64,000 nt of DNA from Tubiluchus corallicola (lineage: Eukaryota > Animalia > Priapulida), in NCBI GenBank assembly GCA_030141605.1, contig JAQGDQ010001034.1, positions 4,664 to 68,663 on the forward strand, given 5' to 3'. The notes beneath the pieces are model-generated. The model was not told where the DNA came from. It did no database searches and saw only the letters and a list, made by a program, of their open reading frames with translations. This document shows, piece after piece, positions 57,365 to 64,000 of the stretch. The stretch's first letter is position 1. Each line of letters begins with the position of its first letter. A program made the translations under genes and the position numbers.

Positions 57365-58010
57365 TAATCATTGATGTTTGATACGATGATTTGTTGCCGT
57401 TGTGCTCGTGTTTTGTGTTGAACGGTTACGGTAACGGTGAAGAAATTATGATATTTGATACAATGATTTGTTGTTGTTGCCTTTGCGCCAGTGTTCTATA
57501 GTTCAACGATTACGGTAATGGTGAAGAGAAAATGACGTTTTTAATACAATGATTTGTTGCCGTTGCGCCAGTGTTCTATAGTTCAACGATTATGGTAACG
57601 GTGAAGAGAAAATGATGTAGAGTCGAATGATTTGATGCCGTTATATTAGTGTTTTATAGTTCAACAAATACGGTAACGGTGAAGAGAAAATGACGGTTTT
57701 AATACAATGATTTGTTGCCGTTGCGCCAGTGTTCTATAGTTCAACGATTACGGCAACGGTGAAGAGAAAATGATGTAGAGTCGAATGATTTGATGCCGTT
57801 ATATTAGTGTTTTATAGTTCAACAAATACGGTAACGGTGAAGAAATAATGATGTTTAATCCTATGATTTGATGCCGTTGTGCCAGTGTTCTACACTTCAA
57901 CGAATACGGTAACTGCAAAGAGAAAACTGTGTTTAATACTATGATTTATTGAGGGTGGGCCAGCGTTCTATAGTTCAACGATTACGGTAACGGCAAAAAG
58001 AAAATGATGG
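57365..58010. repeat. ~60-bp degenerate minisatellite, ~10 copies
   Basis: Recurrent TTCAACGATTACGGTAACGGTGAAGAGAAAATGA. Confidence 0.9.
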
Positions 58011-59401
58011 CGCACATTTAAACGGAATGAGAAACAGATTAAAATTCATCCAAGCGCAAATATCCAATAGCCGTATTTTCAAAGAAATGCTTGGATTTAA
58101 TTGCGTCTTTTACAGCGTAGTCATTCTCTATGCTCATTGCTCACGTGAAAGAAAACGAATTGAAATAACTTGAATCACACTGAATCTATTCTAAAAAGGT
58201 GAAGGCGCGTCGTAACTGAAAACGGGCTATGACGAATAACCGAATGGTCATGTCGTATCATCGTATGCTTAGCAAACGAAGTTAAGTAATGCTAAGTCTG
58301 CCGCATCAGTTCAGTAACTTCAGTTGTTTTACGTGAACTTCACTCAATTATGCATTAGTATACATAATGTGTGTATAGAACAAAGCCGTCCGCCGCATTA
58401 GTTCAGTAAATTCAATTGTTTTGCACAGACTTTACTTAATTATGTGTGTGCATAGAGTGATTTACTAGCAGGATCTTGCTTAGGAACAGGAAAAAATGAA
58501 CTAGGTAAAGTTCTAGCTAGCTGTTAAAACTGTTACTATTATAACAGCATGGGCTGGGGTGGGGTGTTGTCAAGTGTACACAAATGTGTTGTCTGGTACA
58601 CTTGACCTTTGACCTTCTCGCGATCATCATCAATCGCTGTAACTGTGAAAATATTTATTATTTTCAATTTAAGCTGTGCAATAAATTCCAAATTCGCTCT
58701 CTACACATAATTAACTTCTTCTAATTATTAACTGCCGACTCATTTCAACTCTTTCAATTTGTTTGCACTTTAAATTAATTATAATTACGCCTCACTAATT
58801 TGTATTCTGGAGAGTTGAGATAATAATTAGATAAACAGATAATTACTGAGGGAGAATATTCTCTGCTAGAAAGCGAATTCGAATCGAATCGCATTGTTGA
58901 CGCCCGAATTCGAATCAAATCGAATTTCAAGATCTCAAAATCCGAATCAAATTCGAATTCGGTCTTAAAGATTTTCGAATAATTTTTTTAATCACTATAA
59001 AAAGTTGTCTCGCAAAGATCGTGCATATTGCTTGATTTTGTTCTGCGGTAAAATGCAAATCATTAATTTAAAAATCGTGCACAGAAATCGTAGCTAAATT
59101 GTACTGACTTCGTGAGGTTTGAAACATTTTAAAGAACGTATGTCGTTGAAGTGTTCGTGGGCGCCGCCAGAGGACGCACAAGCAGCTAAGGGGGTCTGGT
59201 GGTCCGGCGGGGTTTGGGTGCCCAGCGGGGTCCGGCCACCAACGCATTCTCCTGCATTTAAGCACATTTGGAGGCCTCAACGAGGTCTAAATTCTGGTGC
59301 ATAGACTTCTTCAAACGTGAAAAATTCTGCTTAAATAAATGTATTTTACCTAAATTTACCTAGGTAATGTTCATTGTATTCTATTGTAGTAGTCATTTAT
59401 C

Positions 59402-59869
59402 TTAATCCTTTCAGTCCCAAATTATTTTTTTAATAAGAGCAAATTTTTTGGCTTGGTACTTTTGTTCAGTATGTCCATCTTGTTTATACATAATAATTAT
59501 TTTTTCCTACCTGTGCCCGCGTGCTAAATATAGCCGGTATCCCACGGGATACATTGGGATTCAATGGAAGCATAAAATGTGCTTCATTTTGTAACTGCTG
59601 ATAATTTTTTAAAGTATTTAAGACATTTAGTATGCATGCTATGCTAATCTGTACAAAGTCGTCTCTAAAGTACTGTACCTTGCGCAGTTTTTTATGCTAT
59701 GTAGATTTTCTAGTTTGCCATTTTATCACCAATTTTAGTCTATTGTTATTGGCTTAAATCAAAATAGCCATTAACACATCAAATAACTGTCAGTTTTAAA
59801 ATTTTATTAGTTTTAAAGGCAGAAAATATTCTCGTATCCCACGGGATGCAACGGGTATGAAAGGGTTAA
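59402..59869 (+). mobile_element. piggyBac-like MITE family R3, copy 3
   Basis: TTAA-TCCTTTCA...TGAAAGGG-TTAA; near-identical to 8539-9004. Confidence 0.9.
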
Positions 59870-60787
59870 AAGCAAGCTCGTGCTGCAATGGGGATGACTC
59901 ATTACTTAAGTTTAAATTATTTAGTGTCAAGATTATCTATCCAGCAAAATGTGGATAACCAAACATGAAACTGATTTGAGACTGTTAAGTTTACAGCCCA
60001 CCCACTGTTCATACAATATTTAATATGTTTGCGTGTGTTAATTTGTGACACCTGACACAGCTGGACAACAGAACGTCTCGGCCACACATACATTTTACTG
60101 CATTTTAGACCATGTTGCTACACGCTATTTCTTCAGGCAAGTTCACCTTCTCATTCCGTTTAAATCTGCGCCATCATTTTCTTTTTGCCGTTACCGTAAT
60201 CGATGAGCTATAGAACGCTGGCCCACCCTCAATAAATCATAGGATTAAACAGCATTTTCTCTTTGCCGTTACCGTAATCGTTGAAGTATAGAACACTGGC
60301 GCAACGGCATCAACAACAAAATCATTGTATTAAATATCATTATTTCTTCACCGTTACCGTGACTCATACCTTCACTACTACCATGAAAGGGGGACCCACG
60401 CCTCTTGGGCCCACCCCCTAAATGCAAAAGTGCAGTTACAGTTAGCTAAAAACTGTCTAGACAACGGAAATCAATAAGAGAATTAATACAATGTAACTGA
60501 TATACATAAATATAACTTCACTATGCAAATTAGCTTACTGCTAAGTAATTGCACAAACAAACAAAGGGTTCATGTGCGTCTTGGTTTACGGCTAAAAACT
60601 TTATTTAGCTATAAAAAATTTCATAAGAAATTCTGAGCGTCAGTGCGTCGGCCTGCCGGCGTCCATGGAAGTGCTGAATTATTCAAATCTGTAATTGTTA
60701 GCTTTAAATCGAAATCGAACTAAAAATGCGCTCGAATTGAATCCGAACTTTTGATTCTCATCTCTAGTGCAAAAGATAAGTTATTAT

Positions 60788-61463
60788 AGTATAATGTCTG
60801 TACTTATGTGAGTATTCAGTATAACATCAGTACTTATATGACGTATAACATCAGTACTTATATAAGTATTCAGTATAACATCACTACTTATATGAGTATA
60901 ACATCAGTACTTATATGACGTATAATCTCCGTCTTATATGACGTATAATCTCCGTACTTATATGACACAATATCCCAGTGCTTATATGAGTATTCAGTAT
61001 AACATCAGTACTTATATGACGTATAACATCAGTAATTATATGACATATAATCTCAGTACTTATATGACGTATAATCTCTGTACATGTATGACGTATAATC
61101 TCCGTACTTATATGACATATAATCTCAGTACTTATATGATGCATAATTTCTGTACTTATATCTTATATGAGTATAACATCAGTAATTATATGAGTATAAC
61201 ATCAGTACTTATGTGACGTATAATCTCCGTACTTATATTCAGTATAATATCAGTACTTATGAGTATTCAGTATAATATCAGTACTTATGAGTATTCAGTA
61301 TAATATCAGTACTTATGAGTATTCAGTATAATATCAGTACTTATGAGTATTCAGTATAATATCAGTACTTATATGAGTATTCAGTATAACATCAGTACTT
61401 ATATGAGTATTCAGTATAACATCAGTACTTATATGAGTATAACATCAGTACTTATATGACGTA
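60788..61463. repeat. 23-30-bp minisatellite
   Basis: Units GTATAACATCAGTACTTATATGA(C/G) with optional GTATTCA. Confidence 0.93.
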
Positions 61464-61697
61464 ACATGTTCCCAAGGCCCTCACGAGGGAGACCCCCGCT
61501 GACTAATTTGCAATCTGTGTAGTATTGCGTGAAATCTTGATCTTTAATTACCTTTAACTGAACTAATTTTAAAAAATAAAACTAAATAAAACAGGTTTAC
61601 ATTACTCAAGACTTGTCTCAGTTCTCACATTTATGTTAAGTAGTCGAACACAGACGCTTATATGTGCATCACTGACATCATGTGAAGTAGTTGTTTC

Positions 61698-62094
61698 TAA
61701 GGATGAGCGATCTCTGCCAGAAAGCGAAATCGAATCGAATCAAATTTGTGACTTGCGAATTCGAATCGAACCGAACTTAGTATTTCGAATTCGAATTGAG
61801 ATTAAAAGATTTTCGAACAAGTTTTCGAACTACCGGTAAAAATTAGTCTCACAAAGATCATGCATATTGCTCGATTTTGTTCTACAGTAAAAACACTATT
61901 AATTCGTTTAAAAATTGTGTACAGAAATCACAGCTAAATTATGCTAATTGCACGATGTTTCAATCATTTTAATAATTTAGAACGTGCGTGATTGGAGTGC
62001 TGAATTATTCGAATCCATAGTTTTAGGTTCGAATCGAATTTGAACTAAAAAAAACTCGGTCGAATCGAATTCGAACGTTCGATGCTCACCCCTA
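61698..62094 (+). mobile_element. TTCGAA-rich hAT-like MITE, copy 2, with candidate 8-bp TSD
   Basis: GTTGTTTC-TAAGGATGAGC...GCTCACCCCTA-GTTGCTTC (7/8 match). Confidence 0.8.
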
Positions 62095-62622
62095 GTTGCT
62101 TCCCCTGCTTAGCACTTCTCGTGAGAATTTTATATCTGTGGTCTTTCCCCATAGATGCGTGACCTACTTCTGAAACCTAATGTGCAAGTGCAAAAACGCT
62201 GAACACTGTTATTTTTGTCATTTGAATTGAATTCCACATAGAAGAAAACTCGAGTGGCACAATCTGTGTTAATAGAACCATAATGTTCTGATTTGTTGAC
62301 CATTGTTCGTTTAGAATGACGTCACAGGGGCAATGAGATCCTTCATCATGTCTTCCTACTCTCCTGGATATTCTCCTGCTCTTACACCTCTGAAATAATT
62401 GTGTATCGCAAGCAGCTAATTTCCCCTGGCGGCGAGAGCATAAACTTCTATTCTGCTTCTAGAGTGCCAGCAATTAAGTTAACGCCAATGTAGAACGTCT
62501 GTAAGCTGCGGTTAATGGCTAATAACTTGCCGGAGGATATTACCTCAGCCTTTAGCGGTTTGGTTTTGTTGTGCATGTTGTATGACGAGGCTAGTCTGTG
62601 GAAGAGAAGTCAAAGGCAGTGC

Positions 62623-63146
62623 TTAAAGGAAAACCGGATGATTGTTTATACTCAATCTCATTTTAATACACTGTGCAAAATATACATTTTTTTGCCTATA
62701 AAAGTTAACAGTCGTTCCTTATATCTGAATAATTAGCTTAGAAAGTTAATTAACGGCAATCGAACACATCTATTACTTACGTCAGAAACGAACCACAGTT
62801 TATGCAATGGTAGGCGTCTTCCCTTGCGCATCAAGCACATTTGCATTAGTGTTACAGTACTGTTTAAACATGGACTCTACATCATTTGACGTCAGAAACT
62901 AACACTGGTTATCACGGTACCGCCTTCTATTTGTCGGCCGGGCGCATGTGATAAAAGGCGCAGTTGCCAATCTTAGTAGATTCACTGAGCAGCGTGTAGC
63001 TTTAAAAGTTTAACGAAATTTGAGTATCCGAGGTAATTATTATTTAATCTAAGCTTTGTTTTAAAATAAGCTATTGCAGTTTTCAATATTTTAGAGCATC
63101 CTTTATTCTGAACTCGTGTTTACACAATCATGCGGGTTTCCTTTAA
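62623..63146 (+). mobile_element. MITE family R1 copy
   Basis: TTAA-AGGAAAACCGGATGATTG...CAATCATGCGGGTTTCCT-TTAA. Confidence 0.88.
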
Positions 63147-64000
63147 AGTGAACATTTTAGGTAAGTGGCTTCATGGCGAACAGAACAAGAAACAGCTAGG
63201 AGGTCTGGGAGAGCGCTGTAAGATCCCCCCCCCCCAGAGAGGTCCGGGGTTTATATTTTCCTTGATTTTAGGCTTTTGAAACCCTTAATGGTCGAAAAAA
63301 GGTCAGTTTAGTAAGCAATTCTTCAGTCGTTTTCTACCACTAAGGATACAAAATTTGGATGTTAATTGAAAAACAGTAATTGCTTTTCAATCAGTGAATT
63401 ACAACTTACTACCCAGTGAAATAAAACTAATAGAATCTCTCCACCACTTTAAAAAGAAATTAAAAGAATATCAATATAACAGTTTCCAACTTCCACATTG
63501 TGAATCTGATACTAATTACACAGACTCAAATTTCATCTACCCCCGCCCCTGACTCCATAAAACGATTAAAAATGAATTTTTTTTAAAAAAATTATGTAAT
63601 GTAATACGTGTTATGTCAGTTTTGTAAAGTCAAATGTATAAATAGTGTAAATGTAATGAGTGAAATTTATGTAATGTAAAGCATGTTTCTGTTAATTGTG
63701 TCATGTCAAATGTATATATAGTGTAAAATATGTCATGTAAAATTTAATGTACTTTTGTAATATTGTTTTGTAAAAATATTTTAATATTGTGTTTGTAAAT
63801 ATGTTCATTTATTGTATATAATTAGGCCTTAGTTTTGCACTTTAGTTTTTTTTAGTATGCACTGGACGCATTTGTCTTGAAAAGCGTTGTTATTTTAACA
63901 TTACGCTGAGGATTACTCAATTTTATTATAATGAGTGAACCATTTTAATGACAAATAAAGAATTAGTATATATATAATTAAGTAGTTTTCATCCACTAGC

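Overview
AT-rich, intron-containing, repeat-dense animal DNA, probably a non-insect invertebrate; the taxon cannot be fixed from the sequence. Three spliced genes can be assembled by hand with GT-AG introns and consistent phases. Two are tandem fatty acyl-CoA reductase (FAR) paralogues on the + strand: FAR-A lacks its first coding exon in this window, and FAR-B is complete with 12 exons and 494 aa. The third, convergent on the - strand, is the last four exons of an alpha7-like nicotinic acetylcholine receptor alpha subunit. The rest is micro/minisatellites and non-autonomous DNA transposons (TTAA-flanked Kolobok/T2-like and piggyBac-like, TA-flanked Tc1/mariner-like, hAT-like). Most ORF-track entries are repeat artefacts. 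The strongest unusual signal is a 42-bp (14-codon) minisatellite built from the nAChR M3 exon's own exon/intron junction. It gives about 20 tandem 5' splice donors, 10 of which read TTTAG|GTAAGT like recursive-splicing ratchet points. FAR-B carries an analogous single duplication of a donor. The FAR pair also shows patchwork gene conversion, and inverted MITE pairs bracket an in-frame exon block of FAR-A. Gene structures and repeat architecture are read directly from the sequence; all functional interpretations are inference and need RNA data. Repeat boundaries are approximate.
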